From Aureliella sp. (GTDB taxonomy: Bacteria; Planctomycetota; Planctomycetia; Pirellulales; Pirellulaceae), in assembly GCA_963691875.1 (NCBI GenBank), contig OY829846.1, positions 1,280,001 to 1,344,000 on the forward strand: 64,000 nucleotides of DNA. Reading direction: 5' to 3'. The translations under genes were made by a program, and so were the position numbers. The notes beneath the pieces were generated by a model. It saw only the letters and a program-made list of their open reading frames with translations, did not search any database and was not told where the DNA came from. This document shows, in pieces, positions 51,073 through 62,415 of the stretch; the stretch's first letter is position 1, and each line of letters begins with the position of its first letter.

Positions 51073-52003
51073 TGTGATTTACCAGAATTCCCTTAACGCA
51101 CCCGACGCTTTGGATTCCAATTGCACCCAGCCGTTCAGCCGAAGGTATAACTCCATTCACCGCTTAGGGAACATTACGTGAATGACTCGAACGGATGAAT
51201 TCCAGAAATTCCGTCTCCGGTAAAGCAATGCGTCCGGCTAGTTCGCCAATCTCCCCGCAAAGCCACTCTACTCATGGATCATTTGTCTGTTCTCGCTGAA
51301 ACAGCGAGAGTTGCTTTTGGTACTCTTTCAGCACACGCTCTCCGGATTTGACTTTGCGAGGCCAGTAGATCGCTGCGTGAAACGCGATTTGATACAACTA
51401 AGTTGTCTTGGCAATGCCATTTTTGCGACTCGGGATCGAATCCCAGACCTAAAACGCGATCTCCTGCAGCAGGTTGCCTTGGTCGGCGACAGTGCGAGCA
51501 AAGGTGCGAGCTAACTTGATCCGCCAACAGCGGTAGCGGCTGAGCCAGTCGAGGAACATCGCTTCATAGTCATTTACTTGCATCGGTTTTCCGGTTTCTT
51601 ATTAGCCCCACGGTATCGTAGCTGGCACTCGTCAAGCCACGACAGGATGTGCCAAAGGTCAACGAGACTTTCAGAATCGAATGTCGGATCGAAGGCATAC
51701 CGAGAGTCTTGACGACTACCGCTGCCAATTTTGTTCCGTGCTGCGAAAAGTACAAATAAATCGAGGCAGTCATTTCTTACAGCTGTCCAATCCAATTCGA
51801 GGAAATGCCGGAAGATAGATTGCTGATGCCCTTTCAGATTGGGGCTGGCAATTCCTTGATTCCTCTCGAATACGGGACGTAACACTCGAAGCAGGCGCTC
51901 TGGGAAGGTCTTGGTTCCTGACCTATAATCCGGCATCTTCCCTGGGTTACGCTTCATCCCAGCCGCTTCTCCTTAACGGACTAATCAGGTCAAGAGTAAA
52001 TTC

Positions 52004-53077
52004 ATGAGTGAAATTGAACGCACCGTCATCATCGGAAGTGGCCCCGCAGGCTGGGCAGCCGCCATCTACGCAGCTCGTGCCAATTTGCAGCCCCTTGTTT
52101 TTGAAGGCACCATCCAGCCTGACAACTCGATGATTCCTCTGGGGCAGCTCGCTTTCACGACGGAAGTTGAAAACTACCCAGGCTTTCCCTTTGGGAACGT
52201 ACGAGCCTTTATCGAGTCTTCAGTCGACAAGGACCGGCAGTGGAATTTGCCACCAGTACCTAAGGGCGAAGAAAAGGACGGTCAGCCGCATTACGCCGTC
52301 CAAGGCACAGAGCTGATGGAGTTGATGAAGCAGCAAGCCCTTAACTTTGGCACCCGAGTGATCGGCGACGACATCGTCGATGTTGACTTTAGTGGCGATG
52401 TTCACCAAGTCATTCCAAAGAGTGGAGATCCCGTCGAGGCACATACGGTCGTTATTGCGACTGGAGCACGGGCGAACTACCTGGGTCTGCCATCCGAAGA
52501 AGAATACAAGAACAAGGGGGTAAGCGCTTGTGCTGTTTGTGACGGTGCTCTACCTGTCTACCGTCAAAAGAATCTTGCTGTCATCGGTGGTGGCGATACT
52601 GCGGTCGAAGAGGCGACTTACCTGGCGAATCTCGACGGCGCGAAGACCATTTATATGATCCACCGACGCGACGAACTGCGGGCCTCGAAAGTGATGCAGG
52701 ACCGGGCCCTGAACCATCCGAACATTGAAATGGTCTGGAACAGTGTCGTTGAGGAAGTTCTTGGTGATGGGAATTTGGTCACGGGCCTCAAGCTGAAGAA
52801 TACTCGGGATGATAGTACCAAACAGCTGGACGTGAGCGGCATGTTTGTGGCCATCGGGCATACGCCAAACACCGCCTTCTTGAACAACAAAGTTGAAATG
52901 AACGACAAGGGCTACATTCAGTGGTCAAAGCCATTCCGAACGAACACTAGCATCGAAGGCGTTTTTGCTGCTGGTGATGTCGCAGACGACTACTACCGTC
53001 AAGCTATCACCTCGGCTGGGACTGGATGTATGGCTGCCTTGGACTGCGAGCGTTACTTGGCTGAGAAGGGACTATAG
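52004..53077 (+). CDS. trxB: Thioredoxin-disulfide reductase
   Basis: GSGPAG, VENYPGF, CAVCDG, GGGDTA, QAITSAG. Confidence 0.95.
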   Translation: MSEIERTVIIGSGPAGWAAAIYAARANLQPLVFEGTIQPDNSMIPLGQLAFTTEVENYPGFPFGNVRAFIESSVDKDRQWNLPPVPKGEEKDGQPHYAVQGTELMELMKQQALNFGTRVIGDDIVDVDFSGDVHQVIPKSGDPVEAHTVVIATGARANYLGLPSEEEYKNKGVSACAVCDGALPVYRQKNLAVIGGGDTAVEEATYLANLDGAKTIYMIHRRDELRASKVMQDRALNHPNIEMVWNSVVEEVLGDGNLVTGLKLKNTRDDSTKQLDVSGMFVAIGHTPNTAFLNNKVEMNDKGYIQWSKPFRTNTSIEGVFAAGDVADDYYRQAITSAGTGCMAALDCERYLAEKGL

Positions 53078-53154
53078 AGCAGCCAGAAAAAAGTGCTACG
53101 TCGAACCTGTCTCCACGCTTTCCTTCAGAAGTGGACGAGCGGGGGACGAACCTA

Positions 53155-54573
53155 ATGACTTCCCAAAACACAAAAAGTAGAACCATGAAATGGATTCCAG
53201 TATCGCAGGCACGGGACGCTTCCAAAGTCGGTGGAGAAGTGGAAGTGCGCGGCTGGGTCAGAACACGCCGCGACAGCAAAGGTGGTTTCAGCTTCATCGA
53301 GATAAACGATGGAAGCTGCATGGCCAACCTGCAGATCATCGCGGATTCTGATCTGGAAAACTATGAAAGTGAGATCACTTCGCTTTCGGTCGGTAGCTCC
53401 ATTGTGGCAAGCGGAGAACTAAAGGCGAGTCAGGGCAAGGGGCAAGCCACAGAACTTCAAGCCGCATCGGTCCGTCTAATCGGCGATGCTCCTAGCGATT
53501 ACCCGCTGCAAAAGAAACGCCACAGTTTCGAAAAGCTTCGTGAATGGGCACACTTGCGTCCACGAACGAATTCGTTTGGTGCAATCACACGTGTCCGCAA
53601 CCAACTTGCGTATTCCGTTCACCAGTTCTTCCAAGATGAAGGATTTTTCTATGTTCACACGCCGATCATCACGGCCAGTGACTGCGAAGGTGCAGGCCAG
53701 ATGTTCCGTGTGACAACTCTGCCACATGAGAATCCGCCGCAGTTGGAAGGTAAGGTCGACTACTCAAAAGACTTTTTCGGCAAGCCCTCGTACCTGACCG
53801 TTTCGGGACAATTGGAAGCCGAGATTTATGCAACTTCACTCGGGCGATGTTACACCTTTGGGCCAACCTTTCGGGCGGAAAACAGCAACACTAGCCGGCA
53901 TCTTTCTGAGTTCTGGATGATCGAGCCGGAGGCGGCCTTCTTCGAACTCGCAGACAACATGGATTTGGCGGAACGATTCATCAAACGTTTGTTGACCGAT
54001 TTGCTCGACAACTGCGGCGATGACATGCAGTTCTTCAACGATCGCATCCAAAAAGGGATTCTCGATTCTCTAACGCAAGTAAAAGATAAATCCTTCACAC
54101 ATATGACTTACACGGAAGCGGTCGGCATTCTGGAGAAGTCCGGTGAGAAGTTCGAGTTTCCGGTCTCATGGGGTACCGACTTACAGGCCGAGCATGAGCG
54201 GTTCTTGACCGAGAATCATGTGGGAGGCCCAATGATCCTGCACAACTATCCGAAGACGATTAAGCCGTTTTACATGCGTTGCAATGACGATGACAAAACG
54301 GTGGCGGCGATGGATGTTTTGGTCCCACAAGTCGGCGAAATCATCGGTGGCAGCCAGCGTGAAGAGCGCTTAGACATCCTGCTGAGTCGAATGCAGGAAA
54401 TGGACCTGAGCGAAGAAGAGTACTGGTGGTATGTCGACTTGCGGAAGTACGGCTCGGTTCCGCATAGTGGTTTTGGCCTTGGCTTTGAACGCGTGATTCA
54501 ATGGGTGACCGGTATGGCGAACATTCGCGACGTCATTCCATTCCCGAGGACACCAGGTTCAGCCGAGTTTTAG
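53155..54573 (+). CDS. asnS: Asparagine--tRNA ligase
   Basis: [40 protein letters not shown]. Confidence 0.97.
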   Translation: MTSQNTKSRTMKWIPVSQARDASKVGGEVEVRGWVRTRRDSKGGFSFIEINDGSCMANLQIIADSDLENYESEITSLSVGSSIVASGELKASQGKGQATELQAASVRLIGDAPSDYPLQKKRHSFEKLREWAHLRPRTNSFGAITRVRNQLAYSVHQFFQDEGFFYVHTPIITASDCEGAGQMFRVTTLPHENPPQLEGKVDYSKDFFGKPSYLTVSGQLEAEIYATSLGRCYTFGPTFRAENSNTSRHLSEFWMIEPEAAFFELADNMDLAERFIKRLLTDLLDNCGDDMQFFNDRIQKGILDSLTQVKDKSFTHMTYTEAVGILEKSGEKFEFPVSWGTDLQAEHERFLTENHVGGPMILHNYPKTIKPFYMRCNDDDKTVAAMDVLVPQVGEIIGGSQREERLDILLSRMQEMDLSEEEYWWYVDLRKYGSVPHSGFGLGFERVIQWVTGMANIRDVIPFPRTPGSAEF

Positions 54574-54610
54574 GAATTAACTTGGCCGTGTACAATGCGA
54601 CACATAAGCT

Positions 54611-54696
54611 GGCTGAGTGGTGGAATTGGCAGACACGAGAGACTTAAAATCTCTTGGAAGGTTACTTCCGTGCGGGTTCGAGTCCCGCCTCAGCCA
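54611..54696 (+). tRNA. tRNA-Leu(TAA)
   Basis: GGCTGAG/CTCAGCC acceptor, AGAGA-CTTAAAA-TCTCT anticodon arm, GGAAG/CTTCC variable arm. Confidence 0.97.
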
Positions 54697-55919
54697 CTTT
54701 TCTATCTCTTGCCTTTACGACGTTGCTGAAGTCCTCAGTACTTCAGGCAGCAAAATAGAATCGCCGCCGCAGGGTTCGGACTCGCTTTAGCGCCGTGCTA
54801 GTGTTGCCGTGACTTAAACCATAGTCCTGCTTGGAGTTGCTAGTATCGAGCTACTCAATTGGGATGAAGAGCGTCGCCGAGATCTGCCCAAGACTCGCTT
54901 TCCAAATGCCGGGTAGACTTCGGTTGACGAGTGAAAAGGGAACGTGGTCATAGGCCTAGGTTTTACAAAACTTGTATCCGCTGCCTAAAAACCACTGATC
55001 AACAAACGGTTTCTCTACCAGCTCAGCCTCTTTGTAGCTACCACGTAACTCCCAAGGGAAAAGAGGCCACCGCACAACACTATGATGCTTACTAGTTAGT
55101 TCTACCGAAAGTTTGCCGGGATCGTCATCGCGGCATCGTATCGATATCGATCTGAAGATAGCTCAGCCCAATAGTCGTTGTAGATTCCAAAACACTCGAT
55201 GGTCGTGATAATCAATTTCCGCTCTCTGGCCCGACTAAGATGCGTTTTCCGCGGCTTTGTAATTTAGTTAGTGGTTTCAACATACCGCACCAATGCACCC
55301 CGTTGATCTGCACGTTCCGAGATCCATATTTCACGTCTGGTATCGACTCGAGCCTGAATAAATGAACTAAGTGCCTTAGCGATCTCACTATCGACCTATT
55401 CTTCGACGCGGCTCTCCCTCTATGCCATTGGCGACGTTGAACCTGATGTCGTTAGACATTACGAACCCGAAGCTTCACCCGAAAAGCTAACCGCAAATTT
55501 TGGGGTAACGTCTTAGAGCTTAAGCACAAAATTTGAGAGGTGGTCCTTGAACTATTGGGAAATATTCTGCAGACCAAAATCTAACACTAAAAGGAACCAG
55601 CATCGCCCAAGCAAACTCTCGAAGGCCAGAAACACCCCATTACACAGAGATGAATTGCCCCTCGTTCGGAAAATCGAATCGAATGAACTCATTCAGCAAG
55701 AAGTATTTGGTTGAATAGCTTTCCGCTCGATTCCTGTTTTAGGGGCAGAACGAAGAATGCTGTCCATGTGTGATTGGAGCAAACTAGATATGTGCGGGTT
55801 GGCCGTCGAGAACAGCAACTTTACTCGCGACGGCGGAGTAAGTGATTTGCTTCAACCACATGGCTACAGGTTGAAAAACGTTTTCGTTAAAGACTGGACT
55901 TGTATTTGAAAGGAGGATC

Positions 55920-57260
55920 TTAAGTAACCAGTTCACGGGTGAAGACTGGATTGATGATCTTGCCCGTGCTGTCCCCAAAGGAATTTGCAGGGACATCAAG
56001 GGCATGCAAGATGCTGAGATAGAGATCGGATAGATGACCATTCTCGCGGCGGAAGTAGCTTCCGTGCTTGAGGCCCATGTTTGCACCGCCCATTACCATG
56101 GTTGGCAAGTTTTGCGGTTTGTGTGTCGTGCTCGCACCACTTCCGTACAGAACAATACTGTTATCCAAAACGGAACCGTTCACGTCCTGAAATGCCTTTA
56201 ATTGCTTCAAGAATCGGCCGATCTGCTCAGCAAGAAACAGGTCGTATTTTGCAAAATCAAGTTGCCCTGCTGGATCACCTGCGTGGGAAAGCTGGTGGTG
56301 GGTTCGACACAAGCCTAGCTTGAGCGGAAAGGTATCACTGATGCCCATGCCGTCTTCGCGGTTCAGCATAAAAGCAACGCTGCGGGTGATGTCAGCATCA
56401 AAAGCAAGTGCAACCAGATCAAACATGGTCCGATAGTAGTCCACCGGTGCACTCTCATTGGTCACACTTAAATCGAGATGCCTGTAATCCTGAGACTTGA
56501 TCGGCACATCAATCCACTTTTCCGAAGCCTCGAGCCGAGACTCAATTTCGCTGAGCGAAGTCAAGTATTGATCGAGCTTGTCGCGATCACTCTTTCCCAG
56601 TTGTCGACTCAACGACTGAGCATTCTCCAGGACTGCATCAACGATTCGGATGCGTCGCTGCAAATCGGCTCGCTGTATTTCGAGTGAAGACTTATCGCTG
56701 CGGAACAAGCGATCAAAGACACGTCGCGGATTGTTCTCTGCGGGAATCGGCTTACCTTCCGCATTGAAAGAGATTGTACCGGTTCGCGACAAAAACCCGA
56801 CACCAGCGTCAATGGAAAGCACCAAAGATGGCTGTCGGCAAAACTGTTTGGTGTGTAGTGCGACGACTTGATCAATCGAAACAGAATTGTATGAACGACG
56901 ACTGGAATCGTGAAGCGGTGCTCCGGTCAACCACATGTCTGAGCAAACATGTGGATCCGCCTTCACACCCGACGGGTGATGCAGGCCACCGAGAAAAGTG
57001 AGTTGATCACGGAACGGCTCGAAAGGTTTTGTCGAATTGCCAAACTTAAAATCGCGGCCCGTCTCATGAGGAAACCAATTCCAATCTGAGAGCTTGTTCT
57101 TTTCCTTCGGAAGGCTCATCCCGTTTGCGGTGTATAGAGCGCAGAATCTCCTCGGGGCCTCGTTAGCTTCATCAGCCCTGCATCGCATGGCGTCCAGAAA
57201 AGGCAACGGGAGCATGATTCCGCCAAGACCGCGGAGTACAGACCTACGATTCAAATGCAT
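55920..57260 (-). CDS. DUF1552 domain protein
   Basis: [38 protein letters not shown]. Confidence 0.9.
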   Translation of the reverse strand: MHLNRRSVLRGLGGIMLPLPFLDAMRCRADEANEAPRRFCALYTANGMSLPKEKNKLSDWNWFPHETGRDFKFGNSTKPFEPFRDQLTFLGGLHHPSGVKADPHVCSDMWLTGAPLHDSSRRSYNSVSIDQVVALHTKQFCRQPSLVLSIDAGVGFLSRTGTISFNAEGKPIPAENNPRRVFDRLFRSDKSSLEIQRADLQRRIRIVDAVLENAQSLSRQLGKSDRDKLDQYLTSLSEIESRLEASEKWIDVPIKSQDYRHLDLSVTNESAPVDYYRTMFDLVALAFDADITRSVAFMLNREDGMGISDTFPLKLGLCRTHHQLSHAGDPAGQLDFAKYDLFLAEQIGRFLKQLKAFQDVNGSVLDNSIVLYGSGASTTHKPQNLPTMVMGGANMGLKHGSYFRRENGHLSDLYLSILHALDVPANSFGDSTGKIINPVFTRELVT

Positions 57261-57279
57261 ATTTTCTCTTCCGACGACT

Positions 57280-60200
57280 CTACTTGGTCAAAAACATATC
57301 ACTGCACACGACGAAATGCACTAACTCACGCATCTTACAGTCGCCCTTTGCCAGCTTTCGCGATTGTTCTTCTAGCCAAAGCGTTTCATTGTAGCTCAGG
57401 TCTCGTCCTAGAGCATAGATCGACAAGTGCTTCACGAAGCTGAACACGACTTGCCCTCGCCGCTCGCGTAGCAAAAATTGTTTCAATTCCTGCAAATCTC
57501 CCAACTTGGTACCATTCGGCAGCGTCGTCGACGCATCGACTGCGGCTAATTTGAGCAGCCCAGATGCATCGTAGGCCTCAAAGGCGACGCCCCAAGGATC
57601 GATTCCTTCATGGCATTTGACGCAACCTTCTTGATTGCGATGTCTTTCTAGGCGTTCTCTCAAGCTTAGATTCTCGCCAGAACTTTCCTCTAGGTCTGGT
57701 ACATTCGGCGGCGGATCATCTGGTGGCTCGGCGATCATCCGACGGGCAAACCAAGCGCCGCGTTTCACAGGATTGGATTCACGACCATCAGACAGTCCAG
57801 CCAGTAATCCTGCTTGAGTTAGTACGCCACCGAGCTCAGAGCTGACGGGTGTCGACACGAAAGCGAATCCACTTGTAATAGGCTTCTCGAGTTCGTAGTA
57901 GTCGGCTAGCGTCTCGTTGGTGAGGACAAAGTCGGATTGCACCAAGTTGTCAATCGATAAGTTCTCTGCAAACAAATAGCGCAGGAACTCGACCGGTTCT
58001 CGGAGCAGTTGCTTTTTGAGCTCTTTCGACAAGTGCGGATATTTCTTGCGATCGATCTCTACAACCTCCAATTTGTCGAGGCTCATCCATTCATACGCGA
58101 ACTGCTCGACGAAACGGCCGAAATTCCCATCCTCCATCAGGCGATCTATTTCGCGATGCAGTGTTTTGCGAAGACTTTTTTTACCAGCCAGCACAATCAA
58201 CTTTTCATCTGGTGGCCCGTTCCATAAAAACATGGATAGCTTCGATGCCAGCTCATACTCATCCAGAGGTTCAGCCTCGGGTGTTGAGCTTTGCTCGGTT
58301 ACAAGCAGGAACTGAGGCGAGGTCAAAATCACCAAGAAGGTATCGCGCAGAGCTTGCTGCAAATCTTTTGACCTCGCGAATCCAACTTGCCAATTCTCCA
58401 TCGCAAAACGCAGTTCCTCCGTTGTCGCGGGACGCCGATAGGCGCGTTTCAAGAATTCCTGGAGGACTCGCTTGGCGTACTCCTCTTCGCCTTCGCCCGG
58501 ACGCCGAACCGGCATGAGCCGACGATGGTTTCGTGGCGGCCAAGTCTCGTAATACGGCCCCTCAAATTCCACCGATTCAATTAAGAGTCTTGGAGAATCC
58601 GAAGTGCTGGTGTACTCGTTGCGCACCGAGATCTCGCGGACACCGGCCAAGTAGTTGACATTCGTTGTTTCTACAAAAGGCCGAGGATAGTCGTCGATGG
58701 CACCTTGAAAGACATATTCTTGGATCTCAGTACTGCTAACGGACTGACAGGCTCCGACGCGTTTCTGTGTGTGCCCACAATCACGCCGCAGTCCCATCAA
58801 GACGGATAATTGGGGATTTCGTGACTCAAAGGCATGAAAGCGAGCTTCGAGACTAGAATCTTTCTTCAACCGACTAAATCGGATTCCCTCTACCTCGGCT
58901 TTGGCATTCGTCGCTGCGATCGCAGTCTGTCCTGCGGTCAATCGAATCACGCAGAATGGCGAGTACGTATCACTGCTTGACGTCACACCGGGAGTAATAT
59001 TGCGACTGAAGGTTCTCTTATTGATCGTTAGCTTAAAAGACTCGGACTTCACCTTTTTCGCGGGCACTCTACTAAGCGTACGCAGGGACACTAGGTAAAT
59101 TCCGGAGCTAGGCAAATCGACTGCTGCCGATAAGTTATCAAACTTGGCTTCAATCGGATTTGATTCGAGCTCAGAAGCCTCAATCTTTTGCCGTTCAGCC
59201 AGCAGCAAAGCATCGTTGTACTTCGCTGCCCGAACACGCACTTGAAAAACGCCTTGTTCAGGCAACTCACGCAGAGCAATCTTGAAATTCGCTCGTGGGC
59301 CGTAAGTGCTCGATTCTTGAAAGATCTCCGTGCTAGGAATTGCTGGCCGCAGCAAAAGGCCTGCGGAAATCGTTTCGTAGGCTTTACCAAGCGGGTAACC
59401 ACCTGAACCACGCATACAACCAAAAACAGCGTGATAGATGCTGCTGAAATCTCGCCAGCCTCGCACCGTCGAGTTCCCTTGATAGCCTTCGATGAACCGA
59501 AATGACTTCTGCATCTCGAATGGCAGAAAGTAGAATGGCTTGTCGGCGACCAATTCTTCTACAAGGACGTCTGAATTAGCCAACAAATGGCTATTGGCTC
59601 CCAAGATCAACTTGTTAGGGTAGGGCTCCGGATTACAGTTCTTGCCCAAGGTCATACGAAAGTTCTGAATCGTTGGTGGAGCCCCTTCATCGACCATAGT
59701 CGCATCTATCACTCGTTCGGCGATCCTCAAGTAGTTCTCCATCTGCAGCGGTGACAGACTCAGGATCGCCGCGTTGTTCGTGAATCCGTCTTTGGAGACG
59801 CCATCGGGCGGCAAGGCTTCGGTGAAGTCTTCTTCTGTGCCAAAAATCTCCTGAAGACAATGGCGGTACTGAGGAACGGTCAGGCGTCGAACAATGCCAT
59901 TCTTTTCGGTCTCTCGTGCACGGGCCAAGTCGATCGCCTTCCTAGCTGTATCCAAGAAGGCTTCGCGGCTCTCGTCCTCGGGCTGTTCATCTTCTTCTGG
60001 TGGCATCTGCTTCGTTGCCACTTGCTTCAGGAGGTCACGCCAAAGAAAGAGTTGCCGATCTGAGAAGCCTTGATCCAAGAGCTCCAAGTTGATTCCCGAC
60101 TCCATGTCATCTGCATTGTGACAGGCGTAGCAGTGCACGGACAGGAAGGGCCGAAGCTGCTCGGCGAAGATCTTTGCCAGTTCACTCTCCTTTTCATCCG

Positions 60201-60315
60201 CCGCAAGAGTGGAACAGATGCAGATTGCCGTCCAAAACAGAGCCATAACCTGCAAGCAGCTTCTAAAAAAATTTTTCAACATGCTGTCCGGTCGCCGTTG
60301 GGAAAGGCAATCCAT
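57280..60315 (-). CDS. DUF1592/DUF1588 (PSD2-5) planctomycete cytochrome c protein
   Basis: [40 protein letters not shown]. Confidence 0.9.
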   Translation of the reverse strand: MDCLSQRRPDSMLKNFFRSCLQVMALFWTAICICSTLAADEKESELAKIFAEQLRPFLSVHCYACHNADDMESGINLELLDQGFSDRQLFLWRDLLKQVATKQMPPEEDEQPEDESREAFLDTARKAIDLARARETEKNGIVRRLTVPQYRHCLQEIFGTEEDFTEALPPDGVSKDGFTNNAAILSLSPLQMENYLRIAERVIDATMVDEGAPPTIQNFRMTLGKNCNPEPYPNKLILGANSHLLANSDVLVEELVADKPFYFLPFEMQKSFRFIEGYQGNSTVRGWRDFSSIYHAVFGCMRGSGGYPLGKAYETISAGLLLRPAIPSTEIFQESSTYGPRANFKIALRELPEQGVFQVRVRAAKYNDALLLAERQKIEASELESNPIEAKFDNLSAAVDLPSSGIYLVSLRTLSRVPAKKVKSESFKLTINKRTFSRNITPGVTSSSDTYSPFCVIRLTAGQTAIAATNAKAEVEGIRFSRLKKDSSLEARFHAFESRNPQLSVLMGLRRDCGHTQKRVGACQSVSSTEIQEYVFQGAIDDYPRPFVETTNVNYLAGVREISVRNEYTSTSDSPRLLIESVEFEGPYYETWPPRNHRRLMPVRRPGEGEEEYAKRVLQEFLKRAYRRPATTEELRFAMENWQVGFARSKDLQQALRDTFLVILTSPQFLLVTEQSSTPEAEPLDEYELASKLSMFLWNGPPDEKLIVLAGKKSLRKTLHREIDRLMEDGNFGRFVEQFAYEWMSLDKLEVVEIDRKKYPHLSKELKKQLLREPVEFLRYLFAENLSIDNLVQSDFVLTNETLADYYELEKPITSGFAFVSTPVSSELGGVLTQAGLLAGLSDGRESNPVKRGAWFARRMIAEPPDDPPPNVPDLEESSGENLSLRERLERHRNQEGCVKCHEGIDPWGVAFEAYDASGLLKLAAVDASTTLPNGTKLGDLQELKQFLLRERRGQVVFSFVKHLSIYALGRDLSYNETLWLEEQSRKLAKGDCKMRELVHFVVCSDMFLTK

Positions 60316-60817
60316 TAGTTGTGCCGAGGTGGGAGCTTGGGCACGGACGTGGGAAATTTTTAGCAGCGTTTGGATAAATATCCCAAAACTCGCTAGACCA
60401 AGTGTAACACAGCTGAATGGGAATCACCCTTCAATGCATAGGCTACTTGAGAAAGCGTAGAAGATTACAGGCCGACTTCACGGTTGTCTTGTAGGAGACT
60501 GGATCCTTCTGCAAGGCCAAGCCAGACCGAGTTCTCGGTACTTGCCGGTCGAGTGCTGGTCTGCGGCCACCATCCGTCCGAATGGGTGCAAGTTGCAGGA
60601 GAATTTGAGTGCGTCAGAAATTAGGCTCCTTTTTCGCGCTGTTATGTTTCTCCTAAATCTTGCCGAGCAGCTTGTGCCTGTACTATGGACAAAGGGGTTG
60701 CCGTGAGTTGAATGAACCGCAATAAGTTCAGCTTCGGCAGCCCCTTTTTTCTTCCTCCTCCATCGCAGTCTTGAGTTCTGACCTGAACCGCCTTCATAAG
60801 AATGTCTTCTGAGTCAC

Positions 60818-61363
60818 ATGGAACACCCAAAACCATTGCTGATTCTAGACTTGGCTGAGTAACTCGTCTTTGCGTCCGAGCTCGCATTGCGCGACGAGTG
60901 CGACTTTAAGGTCGACGAATTCTTCTTTTACAAGCGAACGCATCTTCATCCCTTTCTCTCGCTGGTGGCGACGCATTTCGAACTGCTAGTATGATCTTCC
61001 GCAGGTCGAAACAATGTACAAGCAATCACATACGACATGGGCAATGGGGAATTCGAGTGGAAGGTTTGGAGACGCTCCCGCTGTATTCAGCGTTTCCATT
61101 ACAAGCTGATGGAGCATTACTTCATCAAGGATATGAGAAAGGCCGAGCGACTTGGTAAAGATCTGGAGCAAATGCTTATTGTGGACGACATACCGCTCAA
61201 AGTATCGCGCAACTACGGTAACGCGGTTTGTGTTCGAAGTGGGGAGGCGAAAAGGACGATCTGGAGCTGGTGTTTACGGGGGCATGTCTTTGCCAATCTG
61301 CACCTTTGCAAAATTGACGAAAAATCGAGAAACGCGGATGGCGCAACAAGATGACCAGCTGAC
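60818..61363 (+). pseudogene. NIF/FCP1-like HAD phosphatase pseudogene
   Basis: ILDLAE*LV (degenerate DLDETLV), YKR.HL..FL, V*SSA, IKD, IVDD, IEKRGWR. Stops at 60860 and 60992 and a frameshift near 61240. Confidence 0.8.
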
Positions 61364-61402
61364 GAATATGAGCCGGGAGGCAATACCTGCGGGCCGGCCT
61401 AT

Positions 61403-62176
61403 TTAATTCGAGAAGGTTGTCGCAGCATTTTTAGAGGTTGCTTTAGATTTCGCGTTGCCTCCGTTTCCAGTCGTTCCCTTTGCTTTGTTCTCAGACTTGG
61501 CTCGGTGCTCTGTCGAGACTCTTTGATTTTGCGTCCGACCCTTTCGCTGGTCAATCATCGCTTGGCGTTGCAGGGCCATCTTTGCATACTCCAGTTGCTT
61601 CAGAACTCGAATGGCAGGGATCTGACCGGCGACAAGATTTCCATCGAGCCGACCTGCGATATCCTGGCCTTTCACGTTGTGGACGCGAAGCACTGGATAA
61701 CTACCGTATTTCTCTTTGAAGCGTTTGGTAGTTTCGATGTCTTTCAAGGTGTCGACAAATACAGGCACAAACTCTTGAGAAGCTTTGATCACGAAGGCGT
61801 TAGCAAGCGGACCGCTTGCAAATTGTCGGCAGCCTGCTCACCCCGGGTTCTCACCGAAATGCAGCCACATCGGCTTGTTCTCTTCCTGAGCAATCTTCAG
61901 CGCGGCGTTATAGTCGACATACCACTCCACTCCGCCGATCATCACCTTCTGGGGTGCTTTCTCGTCCTTCTTACGCTCCTTTTTGGAACCTTCCGCCCCT
62001 TTTGTGACCTTGACTTGAGATGCAGGGGACTGAGTGCTGCGTGAGCCCTGTTGTCGGGACTGGGCCACGGACCAATCAGCACACAAGTAGGTTACGGAGA
62101 CAGCGAAAAGCGAACACCAAGTTGTTTGATGGGAGAAACTAACACGAAAAAGAAAATTCAATTGAGGAATCTGCAT
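61403..62176 (-). CDS. Thioredoxin-like selenoprotein (UxxC)
   Basis: ORFs 61838-62176 and 61403-61792 are in one frame with only TGA 61838-61840 between them. Read-through gives ENKPMWLHFGENPG-U-AGC...FVPVFVD...SYP, 257 aa. Confidence 0.85.
61803..61819 (-). promoter_or_regulatory. Bacterial SECIS element (apical hairpin)
   Basis: GCAAGC-GGUCC-GCUUGC hairpin starting 18 nt after the UGA. Confidence 0.8.
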
Positions 62177-62415
62177 GCTTGGCTTTTATTCTGATCTTAG
62201 AACACTGAAGCATACTTCACAAACGCTCGAGAGGCAGCATCAACTGCACTGCAGGGCAGCGCTATCAGGCAACTCGGTCGCCATCTACTCGAGAAATGCA
62301 AAGCGTTTCGCATATAAAACGCTGGCAGTCCTTAACGCAGACTGTAACTCGTGTTGTGAGCAAATGCTGCCCCTCACCGGTTTAGTGCAGCTAGGCCGCT
62401 TTGGAGATTATTCCG

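Noticed and set aside
51270..51960. Short ORFs on both strands between DUF1501 and trxB
   Set aside because: No recognisable motif or consistent frame; no call can be supported
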